From Geosiphon pyriformis uo1 (taxonomy: Eukaryota; Fungi; Glomeromycota), in contig JAAOMT010000514.1 of NCBI GenBank assembly GCA_016748015.1, forward strand, positions 542,924-606,923: a stretch of 64,000 bases of DNA, written 5' to 3'. A model generated the notes under the pieces. The model made no database searches. It was given only the letters and a program-made list of their open reading frames with translations, and was not told where the DNA came from. Shown here piece by piece: positions 51,900 to 64,000 of the stretch (position 1 is the first letter of the stretch; every line of letters starts with the position of its first letter). Both the position numbers and the translations under genes were made by a program.

Positions 51900-53040
51900 T
51901 GTTATGCTCCAAAATTCTCATACACCCTTATTAGAACAATCTAATATTTCAGATCTGCAATCAATGGTTAAAAGTAGTTACCAAGAAATGTAATCAATTG
52001 ATCTACTTCTGATTACATTGATCATAATTACAATTGGTATCATTAATTGACAATTAATGTTCTAGATCCAGCCATCTAAATCTGATCATCTAGAAATTAC
52101 TAGCTCTGAGAAAATAACATGCCAAGTAAGCTCATCATAAATTGATTAATTAAATGTATATAAATAATTGATGTATTTTAAATAGTTCTAATATAGTATG
52201 TAGATCTGATGTAATTTAGCTATATATACAGCTCCTCTGTCAGCTCAGGAAAGTATCAGTTCAATACTGAGCCAACTCTTTGCTATAGTTTTATAGTGAG
52301 CAGTTAGTTCTTTCCCCTACTCTTTACATTCTCTCTCCCCTTTCTATGCTCTAAATACTTGTCATCACAATCTCAAATATGTCTTCTCATATTCTTTATC
52401 ACTATTTGGAATCACATTGTTTATAATCTTTTACTTACTTGTTATCACCATTTTAAGTTGTTCTATTACTTCCGATCTTTCAAATCATGTATTATCACCA
52501 TTTCACATTAAGTCTTGTTTCACTGAACAAGTTGTTAAATATAAAAATAAGTAATAAAGTATTACATTATTAGAGAGTGGTCTCAACAATAAAAAGTTTA
52601 AACAAAATTTATTTCAGTTATGTTTGATTTTCATAATTCCTTTTATAATTCTTATAATTTTATTTTCAAAGCGGGCATTTGAACACCACACCCTTTCAAC
52701 GACTAATTGAAAGAATTCTGGTTACATATTTTTTTGAGTAATTGGTTTCACTCCTTGTTGCTGGTTGTGCTTCTGATACATATAAAGAGATGTGATTTCT
52801 CTTTTTCCTTTAAAATACCTAAGACTGGTTCTTGCCCAAAAACAAATAATAATGACAATACTTTCTTTCACTTTTAATGACCTTATTACATACCCCTTTC
52901 TGCTCTCCCATTCACTAAAATAGTTCATACACCCATGATATGCTATAATCAGTAGCATAATCATGGTAATGTGTATGTTCCAGGTAAAAGCTATTGTTAT
53001 TGCTAAGAAGTTACAAATCCATAGCTTTTACCCAGTAACA
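51900..53040. repeat. Unclassified CpG-poor, LTR-like relic
   Basis: TGTTA start, TATATATA near 52221, pyrimidine tract, GTAACA at 53035-53040; no matching TSD. Confidence 0.25.
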
Positions 53041-53339
53041 ATGGCTAGAGGATTGACAAGAAAAAAATTTTGTTTATATTATCTTTATTAACAATAACAA
53101 AATTTTAAACAATATTAAAACTAACAAAAAAAACATTATAATTAATAGTAAATTAATTTATTAGTCTTATTTAATATTTTTAAAAAAATTTTTAACAAAA
53201 AATCTAATAAAAAAATTAAATACAGATATTAATAATATGATCTTTGTGTTTAATATTAGTACAATAAATTATTGTATTATTTTTGTAATAAATACAAATT
53301 CTATTTAATCTATTGTGAATTAAAATTTTAAGAAAGAAT

Positions 53340-53783
53340 ATATTTTTTTTCTAATTTTTTGGTAAACTAAAAATATATTTTATTAAACTACAAATTATTT
53401 CTGCAAACTATAAATTGTTTTGGTAAATTATTGAATATTTTATCAAATTTCTAAATATTTCAGCAAATCTTAAATATTATATAATTTGGTATATTATATA
53501 ATTTGATCATTACAATTTGGTTATATTTGTATTTTATACAAATTAAGTTATTAATTAAATAATAATCATATATAAAAAGTGTATAATTTATACTTAGTTT
53601 AGATTACTTGGTTTGATATATTGTAATAAGTAGTGTTTAAGTCTTACTTGTAAAAATTAAATAATAATTCAATTAATTTAATAAAATAATAAGTAATAAA
53701 TTGAAATAATAATATATACTAATTAATAATAAAAATTATAAGAATAATTTTATGCTAATTAATATCTCAATTTTCTGTTAATA
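53340..53783 (-). repeat. Highly decayed family A-like LTR fragment (U3)
   Basis: Reverse complement aligns to the LTR-A start (AAAATT.GAGATATT..TTAGCAT.AAATTA) and to the 20-nt array. Confidence 0.75.
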
Positions 53784-56598
53784 ATAATATATAACATTAG
53801 ATTAAATTTAATAATACATGTTTTTTTATCATAAAAAACAATAAAATCAGAAAAATTATAAATATAAATACTAATTAAAAGAGTATAAAACAAAACCCAA
53901 TAATAATTTTAAAATTTTATATTTGTTTATTAACAATAATATTAATTATATAAACAAAAATATTTTTATAAAAATAAACTATTTTAAAGCAACAAATTCA
54001 ATGATTTTAGCACTTTTAAATTTTATTAATGTCTTTTATTACAAATTAATAACTTATATTTTAATTAATATAACTTTGCCAAATCTAGAAAAAATTAAAT
54101 TTACTGTTAATTTAAAAAAATTTACTAATATTTTCTTAATAATTATTTTTTATTTTGTGCAATTTTTTACTTTTTTAAAATTGATATTTACTAAAATTTT
54201 CTTATTAATAGCCGAATTTTTGGCTAAATTCAAACTTAAAAAAATAAATATATTTTCAAATTTATTTACTTAATAAAAAAGTTTTTTTGCAATTTTTAAC
54301 TTTTTATTTAGATTTTTATTTATAATTATTAATATATTAATATTTAATAATAAAATTTTACTGGTTTAAAAACTTTTTTTTTTAAATAAATAAAAAAATC
54401 TAAAATTTTATGTTAACTAATTTTAGTAAAAAAATCTAATATTCTATTATTATTCATATTGTTAATTAAAAATAAGTGTGATAATTTTAATAAATTATAA
54501 GTTGTAATATAAATTTAATATAATATAGTATTATTTTTGTTCTTATTATTCTTTAATTTATTTAAATTTGCATAATAAGTCTTTTTTATAACAGAGTTTT
54601 TTAAATTTTTGGTATTTAAAATATTATTAATGCTGTTTATTTCACTATTTACTTTATTACTTTATAATTTGTATAAATTTAGATTAAAAATACTTAGAGT
54701 GTCTAAAATTAAGAAGCCAATAATAAGTTAATTATAATGATATTAGTATTGAATTTTTTCACTTTTTTGTTAACATTTTTGTAAACATATATAAATAAAA
54801 CCCAATTTTTCTTAATTTTCAAATAGAATTTCACACTAGTTTTTTTTTGTTTAAAACATTAGCAGAAAAGTCTACTAGTTTTATTATCTTAAAAAAATTA
54901 ATATTGGCAGAAATAAGTATGAAAAAAAAGAGTATTAGAAATATAAAGTAAAAATTTTTGAAATGATTTTTGGCTTTTATTATGATTAAAAAATCTATAC
55001 AAGAAAAAATTTTGTATGTAATCCAAATATAATACATGAATAATATATAAAATTAGTATATAATTGAATTGTATTATAAGCAAAAAATAAAATAAAAAAT
55101 TATTTATAAATTTTAACAAAATAATAAACACATAAAATTATTATATTATTTACAAATTATATATTTAAATAAATTTTATTAAAAACTTGAAGATTACATT
55201 AATAGTCATAGTTGAATTAACTTTTTTAGTAAATAATAATACATTTTTAACTTAAAAAAATAACAATATATATTTAACATGATAAATTATTTATTCAATA
55301 AATACAACAAAATTCAATAATATTTTGTACATTCCGAAAACAAAACCAAAAAAACATTTTAGTTTTATATTTAACAATCTTAAACCACTTTTTAAATAAA
55401 AAATACAAAGAAAACAATCAAAATTATTTTTATGTTAACAAGAATTATAAGCAAAAGTAATAAATTAAACAAATAAGCATTTAAAATGTTATTTTTAGTT
55501 TTTTAAAATAATAATATAAAAAAAACTAATCAAAATTTAATAGTATATTTTTTATAATATAATAAAATAAGTTTTTTTAATCTTATAAACTAATTTTTTA
55601 AATTTACAGCAAAAAATATTAATGTATAAAAATGAAAATAACAATAAGGTGGCTGGTCACGCCTTTGTTGTATCTAGAATAGATAGTGGAAGGACCTTAC
55701 TTGTCATGGCAATATTAAATAATAATAATAATAATGATAATAATAATTGTCAATAATTTTACAACAATGATAAATAAAAACCACGTATCAGATTTTTCGA
55801 ATTTTGCATAAAATCAGTTTTTGAATTAGGCTTTCTTTACCAGTTAAAAAAATGTGTATCTTTCATCATAACTTAATGAAAGCTATTTTTAAGTTGACTT
55901 TAAGACAACCAATTAACGATGTGAAGAATGGTAAAATTCAAGTTACCTTATGTAAATATTTGTTCAGTAAATAATGTTCAATCAAAGGTGTTTGAGAATT
56001 CTTAATCTTTAGGATTTCAAGATATCAGATAATTGGAATTAAAAGTGTTTCATCCAAATTGAATGATTATAAAGTTCAAACAAACTTTGGTTATTGATAT
56101 GTTAAAATTGAAGATGTCCCGATTTGGTGTTAAATTTTTTTTGGAATTTGAACGCTTCGCAAATATTTTTACAGTCTAATGGCTAATGTAAAATATGATT
56201 CTTGATAAATTAATTATTTTGCTTTTTTCCTTTTAACAAACCGAAGTAATTGTATATATTCAATTTCTTTTAGAGCATAAAATGCACTACTCGATCCTTA
56301 TGATTATGAAAAGGACAAAGCTGAAATATTATAAATTCTTCGATGATAAATAATACGACCGTTGTATCAGCGTTGACTCGGATCATTATTTCGAAAAACG
56401 GATTTTTTGCAACCTGAAAAAACAATTGCTTGAACAAATTAAATCTCTTGTTAATCCGCTAATTTTATTCTGATATGTCGTTTAAAACAACTTTTTAAAT
56501 GACTGCACCTAACTATTTACAATTGAAATAGGCGATTTCTGTGTAATATATATATAAAATATATATTTTATTCTTGAACAAGGTAAAGAAAACGGCGA

Positions 56599-59213
56599 CT
56601 AAACGGTGAAATTTTGCTCGTAAGGAAGATCAGGAAAATGCCAAATAGGAATGTCATTTGGCCGCTCACAGCCGAGTAAAAGGCCATCATGACACTGGGA
56701 GGGCACGTTTTCCGAATATGATTTGGCCTCCAGCAGAGGTGTAGGCCCATTTACCCTGAAAATTTCTGCTGGAGCCAGAGGGGTCTCGGTGTTGGCCAGC
56801 CCAGTGTTGTTTTCGGGGTTGTTGTTAAATGATGTAGCTTGGAAATCGGCCCTTTGAGAAGATCGAGCAGAGCGAGGTTTTAAATTGTCGGTAAACCTCG
56901 CCCTGTAAAGGTCTACCGCCCTTTGAAGTAGCCGTTTCTTGTTGGCCAAACCACGGGGATTGAGCCAGGCCTAAAATGAAAAGGAAAAATTACAATAGGT
57001 ATTAAAATAAATTTCTATTATTAGAAAAGACTTTTTCCATTTTACAATAACTTACCAACTTCCAAGCTAACTCATTAAATGCTACTTCTTCTTCATAATG
57101 ACGTCCATTGTATTGTTCATGAGTACAAAAGGCTGCTCTTGGATATACGCAATTATTTCTTTTGAACATTGAGTCAATTTCGTTCAAATCGACCTCTTCA
57201 ACGTTGATCTTGATCCTGATCTTTGTTCCCGAAACGATATCATCAAGAAGAACGGTTTTTGGCTTGTGGGAAATTGCCGATTTCCGCTTTGATGGACGAG
57301 CATCTTCATCTTCTGGACGTGAGGCCTTGCGCTTGCGCAATGTGCCATTCATTACCTTCTCCTGACGTGCTACTCTTCGCGATTTTGAACCAGGTTGTCG
57401 ATTACGAAATGAATCGACGGCTCTTTGAATCAGACCTCGTCTGCCACTGAGTTCTTCTCGGTTTAGGAAAGCCAATATCCATCCAAGAGCATTGCATTCG
57501 GTCTCATAAATCCAACGATTACCAGTATAAGCTTCGGGGAGACAAAACGCGCGTGGATAAATCTTAATTGTAATGGATTCAATGTAATAGATTAATGTTT
57601 AAAAAATTAATAAAATCTTATATTTTAATCAGTATCAAAAAATGGGTTTCTTGTTCAATAAAATTTAAACTTACACAATTGTCTCTCTTGAATTGTTCAT
57701 CAATGAAACTGATATCCACAGTTTGGATATCAGTTCGAATTCGGTATGATTTCAACACTTGATTATGTGAATAGTTGAAGATCATCCATTCTATTCCATC
57801 AGAAAATTCCACAGCTACCTCGGTTGACACAGCCGCATTCGCCGTAGGAATAGAAGTTGGTCGAGCCTTAGATTGATCGAAAGAATCTAGCTGCGGTTTA
57901 GAGATGATGGATTTTGAGGCCATGAAATTGAAATTTTGCTGCCCGAATTCCCGCTGTGAAGATTGAATTGGAAATTGTTGCGGATGTTGTGCCTTAAATT
58001 CTAGACCGCTGGATATTTCACCGGAACCTTCGTTTGATACCGGGATATTTCCAAGTGGTACTTCGGCCTTCGGTTTATAAGAAAATCCTAAAGTCGGTTC
58101 AGGAAGGGGGATTTTGTTAGATTCCGAAGAAATGAAGTTAAAATTTTGATAGATGATTTCTTGTTGTTGTAATGGTTGTAATGGTTGTTGTGCCGATAAT
58201 TTTTGCTGTCCTTGATTAACTGGATCCATCCTCCAAAAGTTATTCATGTTATGCACTACGATGCCAGTTGACGTCGTGAGGGGGGTTTCAAGCCCTACAA
58301 ATTGTCCTTCCGAATTGCTATACAAGTTTGTATCTGATTTAGGGATGACATTGGTGCGAAAGAAATTTGTCCCTTGTTGTAACTGCGGCGTGACCAACTC
58401 AATATCTTTATATGTAACAATTTTGGGAGGTGTTGGTAACCTTTTAAGAGGTGTAGGTTTGGACTTGCGCGTCTTTTTTTCTAAACGACCACCTTGAGGG
58501 GTCTTCATTATATTTAGTTTTCTCTTTTTAGCTTTATTGAGATTCTTCTCAATGGCGGCGAGTTGCTCTTTCGATAAGTTAGAAAGAAGATAATCAACTT
58601 TAAAAGATGGCTCCATTAAGTCTTGCAACGTGACTTCGAGTAAATCTGGGGAATTATGATGATTTACGATCTGATCTGATTCGAAATCTTGTTGTAAGCC
58701 GACCTCAGGTAACTTTGTTAAATTTTTTTCGGCCTTAAAAGCTTGTGGCCAAGTGACTTCGTGAAATATAAGCGGTTGATAATTATTGAGATTGATTTCG
58801 TTTCCATAGTCTTGGGAAAAACTAACCTCGTGAAATTCATGAGGTTGATTATTATCGAAACTTGTTACTGTCTGAGTATTTTGCAAGAGGCTGACCTCGT
58901 GAAATTCCGTTTGACAATTTTGTTCCAAGGTTTTTTCGGTCACCAATTCTTGTGACAAAATGGAGAAAATATCGTCAAATTTCAATGGTACTGTAAATTC
59001 TTCTAAAGTGATCGGTTGTATATTCGCTGAGGTAAGTTGGTCGAAACTTGTTCCGACTCCTATGTTTTGGGGCAAAATGGAAAAGAATTTGTCGAATTGG
59101 GGATCCAACCACTGTGGTAACGTGACTGGGTTGAATGGTGGCGAAGGAAGTCGTTCAAGTCCTCTTCCATTTTCGTAAAACTCGCTAGGATTCTGAGAGT
59201 TATTTGATTGCAT
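56599..59213 (-). CDS. Host gene, about 805 aa, exons 59213-57675, 57562-57056 and 56970-56599. Long low-complexity N-terminus and two tandem copies of a conserved fungal domain (recalled as DUF8032-like, unverified).
   Basis: Two GTAAGT...AG phase-0 introns give a continuous frame; the motif NC(I/V)YPRA...N.L.W.LA.LN...R.L.QRAVD.(F/Y)R occurs twice; CpG is retained. Confidence 0.88.
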
Positions 59214-62200
59214 TTTAAATATTCCAATAAGAAACACGGGGTGAAAACCTGGTATAAACGTGGAATTTCTGGCTGTAAAATTTTTTTTTTACGCGTTCTA
59301 AAGCGTGACTTTATTTTACACGTGATTTTTCGATTATTTTTAGACTTTGACGATTGCTTAAACGCAATAATGTGATAGGTAGGGAAGCTTTTAATATTTA
59401 AGGTTGTCTTGGTTTTGTGAGAAGACGCAAGGGAATGGAATGGTAAAGATGAAAAAGAAACAAATCATTCTTCACTGTCAATTTTTTAATAGTTGATCAA
59501 ATTTTCTTTGTGATTGACAGCGGCAGTGGAAAAGTGGATCCAGCCTAACTAACTCTGACTCTGATTCTAAACTAATCTAGATTATTTTTGTTTTAAAATC
59601 ACAATATTTCGTGATCGTAGTTCAATTAAAAAACCAAATTTGTTGAAGATCTATTCTCTCACCCAACTAAAGTTCCAAGTTCTTAAACACGAGGAAAATT
59701 TTCAAAATTGGAAATTAAAAATGATTTTTTCTCTCGCAATGCCCGTGTTTACGAATCGAAATCTAGTAAGAGTCCATCAATTGTTTTTCGTGAAAGAAAC
59801 TCTTTTCTTAAAAAAAACCTGTTAAATTTTTATTAAACCTGTCAATATTCTTCATTGCCCCCAAAGCTTTGTACTAGAAAGTATTAATTAGGACCGTGGT
59901 CCTCGTGTCTTTTTATTAATATGTCATGTTTACCAATTACCCAAAATTGTTGTGGCTTTGTTCGATTAAAAACGTGTCCCAAATTTCAATTTAGGCTTTT
60001 GTTTATATCAAAACCCATCAATAATGCATATCAATTTATTCATAGGATCACACCTTTTTTTTTATTAAAAAAGCTTAGCAAATATTATAATAATAATAAC
60101 CCGAAATTTCCCTGAAATTATAAAAATAAAAAATACACAAAAAAGATTTATGTTTCCGCATTAAAGAAATATTCTAATAATTTAAAGGGGTATTTTGGCG
60201 AATGGAGAGTTATTGTAGCAAAGTTAGCGAGAATAAAGACGTGTGAAAGTATGGCATTTTATACTTTTCTCACAAACCCTGAAAAAATTATTAACTTCGT
60301 AATTCGCCATTTTTATAAATCAAAGTTTTAATTTGATTCTTGAAAATTTTTAGCATTACTATATAAATTTATTTGTAACAGAATAACTAATTAAATTTGA
60401 TATTATAATATTTTATTTGTTTTTTATAGTTTTAATTCAATTAAAATATGCGTATATATTTATTAAATATATTATACTTAAAACTTGGATATTACATAGT
60501 TAAAAAACAAAATGTATAATTTTTGTATGTGAAATCAAACCATATTTAATTTAACAAATAATAACTACGCTTGAAATTTTTAATAATTAACAATATAAAT
60601 AACAAATATAAAAATAATAATTACATATTTTATAGTTAATTGTATTTATATAGTTTAAAATTGTAATTATTACATAATTAAATATTATACTATTTTTAAC
60701 TTATTAAAATATTAATGACAAAACTAATTATAATAAATATAATTATGTAAAATCTTTAAAAATCTTAATTAAAACTAAATTAATTTATAAATTTTTTTAA
60801 TAACTTAAAAAATACCAATAAAATAAATAAATATTTTATACATATTTTAATAATATTTTTGCTTATTTATCTTTCAATAATATATATATTTTTAATTTAA
60901 AAGTTGTAAAGCTGAAACTTAAAAAAAATCAAAAAACACATTAAAAATTTAACTTGTAAATCAAATAAAATTTAATTGTAACTTTTTAACTTTATTTTAC
61001 TTTAATATAAAAAATTAATATTTTTATTAAACAACAATTTTTAATAATAAAAAAGTATAGTGTGTTTAAGTAAAATATTATAATTAAAAAAAAAACTGAA
61101 ATCTAAAACCAATTTGCTGTTAAATTTTTTTACAAGACTGTTTATTATTTTTTCTTGTATAATTTAAGATTATTTAAACAAATACAAAACAAGAATAAAG
61201 TAGTATTATTATTAATCTTTTCAAATATTTTAGATATAATTAGCTATTTGTTTAATTACTGATTTTTAAACTTATAAATTACAAATTAGACTTTAAATAA
61301 CTTTTTGCAATTTTTTATTAAATTAAAAATTAATTCAGTTAACAATTTTTTGGTAAAATTTATTAGAATTTTCTTAAATTATAACATTATTTCATAAATA
61401 ATTTGTTCATAGTTTTTTGTTTAAAATTTTTATGTTGGTCATTTTAAACACTTAATTTTATTACAACATGATTAATTTTTTGAAAAAATTCAATATTGTT
61501 TTTAATAATTAACTTGTAATTAAACATAATAAAGTTTTTAATTAAAAAATATTTTATTATTAAAAAAAAACCTAAAGATTTAATTTTTTATTGGTTTAAT
61601 ATTATTATTGGTTTTATTAAAAATAAAAATTTACAAATTGCTAAGTCTAATTTTATTTTTAGTTTTAAGTTTTATAGTATTAACAACTTTAATTGTTTTT
61701 ATATAATTCAAAAAAGTTTAGTTAAGACTAATTTAAATGTTATTAATATTTTATAAATAGTTTTTTACAAAAATTAGATTTTTTTAATATTGTAATTAAT
61801 ATTATAATATTTTTTAGCAATTTAAAAATAAGTATAAATATATAAATTTTTGGCTTAAATTTTTTAATATTGGCTAAATTACAAAATATTTTTTGGTTTT
61901 TAAGTATGTTTTAATGTTTAATATAGCCTTAATTTATTTTAATAACCAAATTATTTTTAATATATGTTTTTTTAAATATATTATAAATATATTAAATTAT
62001 TATAATTACTATTGATTTAAAAAAAAACAAATATTTAACTTTATTTTTGGTAAAAACATTTTAATAAAATGATTAAAAGTAAAAAAATACTTAAATTATA
62101 TAAATAATAATATTGTTAATGCTTTAACAAATAATATAATATACTTATTTTTTTTAGTTTTAATTTTAAATAAATTTTTGTTAATAAATAGTATTATGAT

Positions 62201-62424
62201 TCCTAAAAATATTTATTATTTTATTTTAATATTTACAAAACAGTATTATGTTTAATAAAAAACTGATTTTAATATTAATAAAAAATATTAACAAAATTCT
62301 AAAACTTCTTTCTCTCTTACCTTCAAAAATTCTCAAAAAGCACATTTTTTGTAAAAAAAAGTTTTTTTGTTTTTTAGTCTATACCAATATTTTTTTACCT
62401 AATAATAACCCATTTTTCGTAAAT

Positions 62425-64000
62425 ATGGAAGCTACTGCTAATAGCACCACATCTAAAAAGAAGACTCCTAATGGCACTTTTTATGGTTCTGCTGACGGCT
62501 TCTTTTCTCAGAAGAAGAAAGTTGTTCTTGGCAATATTAAACACTCTGGTAATAAAAGGAATATATTCTTGAGCAAATCTGGATCCGGTAATAGTATTTA
62601 TTCTAATGTGGAAAGTTTATCTGATAAGAATGAGAATATTAGCATGTCTGAAACAAATGGTGGGTCTCTTTTGGGCTCAGCTGCTACTACATCCAAGACA
62701 AAGCAAGTCAACACTGGTGCTGGTTTTGGTTCTCTGCTTGGCTTTTCTAACTTTTATATAGATGATAATAAAATTGTGCTCTCTTTTTGCTTGCCTATCT
62801 CCCTTGAAAAGAAGTAGATTAACTCAAAAATTATTAAGACTCCTGTGGAAGTGTCAATTAAAAGATCATTCACTTTGGATATTAATTTCTCAGCTGTGGA
62901 AGGAAAATTGGCGACAGCAAAAACTCAGTTAATTAAAAAAATTTTTTCAACAGTCAATGGTTTTAGGGGGGCCACTACCCCCTCAAAATTTGAAGGGATC
63001 ATCCAATCTATTTTCATTTCAAAAAAGAGCATGGAAATGGCCACATCATTGGCCAGAGAAAAAGGGATCGATGTAAACAGCAATCTCAAGAGACAAAGAA
63101 TTCGTTCAGATTGGGCTGTGGTCATCAAAGAAATTCTCATGAATACACCTAAGGAAATGATCATTGCTGTACTAGCCAAGTTTGGTGAAATTAAGTAAAA
63201 TTCAACTTATTGGATTATGGCAAAAAGCAGTGATAAAATTTGCTAAACTAGATTAGACTGAACATTTAGCTGCTAAATGGTCTTTTTTGATTGGGAAAAA
63301 TTCTGTACAAGTGGCTATAACTGTGAGAAATTGCAATACATGGGCATCTAAAGACTGGTTCAGGGCTTTGTTGTTTATTTTGCCTGTGAGAATGACTGCT
63401 CATGATTTGGGCACTCTTTTAAAAGGTGTTGGTGGAAAAACTTGTATTATAAATCATTCATTAGATTTCAGCAATAGGATTTGCTGTGCTGTGGTTGGCT
63501 TTGAGTCTGAGGATACAATGGAATTTGTTTATCATACTGAGCCAATATTTAGTGGTGTTAAATTATCTTAGGCTAGATTGGACTTAGTTCACTGTGAAAA
63601 ATATGGTTTTTTTGGCCATTCAGCTCTGAAGTGTAATACACCATCTCTGTTTATTACCAAATCTTCAAAATTGTTAAAAGAATTATTTCAGAAAACCATT
63701 GTCTTTAGCTAATAAAATTGTTTGCTAAAAAAAGTGTTTCTATTTCTAGACCTGCTGCCTTTGGTGACAAATTTTGGGCACAAGTGGTTTCACTTGCTTC
63801 TCCTTCTGGTGACCTTTATTTCAGCTCTAGTGCTAGGTCTGATCTTTCTCCTCCTGGTTTTTCAGGTTTTAAGAGAAACATGCTGGTTGTTCAAAGTGAA
63901 TTCTCAATTAATAATTGCCTAGCTTTGCTTGAATGTTCTTTAGAGTTGCTAGTTGATCAAGTGTCAGATATCATGTGTAGATTAAATGGTGTAAAGCTTG
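62425..64000 (+). mobile_element. 5' part of a second degenerate LINE (ORF1 pseudogene), continuing beyond the window
   Basis: SKFEGIIQS.F, AVVIKEI, AHDL and ICCAVVGF match the first LINE ORF1; decayed CCHC knuckle C..YGFFGHSALKC near 63593. Confidence 0.85.

Noticed and set aside
51900-53040. A fourth solo LTR with defined ends
   Set aside because: The flanks GTTT and ATGG do not form a TSD, so it is kept only as a low-confidence relic
53923-55131. I/N/K/F-rich ORFs in the AT desert
   Set aside because: Compositional artefacts with no recognisable motifs

Overview
AT-rich eukaryotic (fungal) genomic DNA. The repeat proteins resemble ones I recall from Glomeromycotina such as Geosiphon; this attribution is unverified. 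Bases 1-51,700 are one nested retrotransposon cluster that can be resolved from LTR ends and 4-bp target-site duplications. A minus-strand LINE contains a solo LTR and Ty3/Gypsy element E2. E2 contains E1 and E3, and E3 contains the complete elements E4 and E5. All copies are decayed by C>T/G>A transitions. The five Gypsy copies belong to two families (A: E1, E2, E5; B: E3, E4) and share an unusual three-ORF layout. ORF1 is Gag-PR-Cys-rich domain-dUTPase-RT-RNaseH, apparently starting at GUG, with a long AUG-poor N-terminal extension. ORF2 is the integrase, encoded separately after a conserved stop and a non-coding spacer. ORF3 is a conserved non-Env accessory gene next to or overlapping the 3' LTR, and the U3 regions carry family-specific tandem arrays. 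The rest of the window holds AT-rich repeat relics, one intact 3-exon host gene (about 805 aa, duplicated C-terminal fungal domain) in a CpG-retaining island, and the 5' part of a second LINE.
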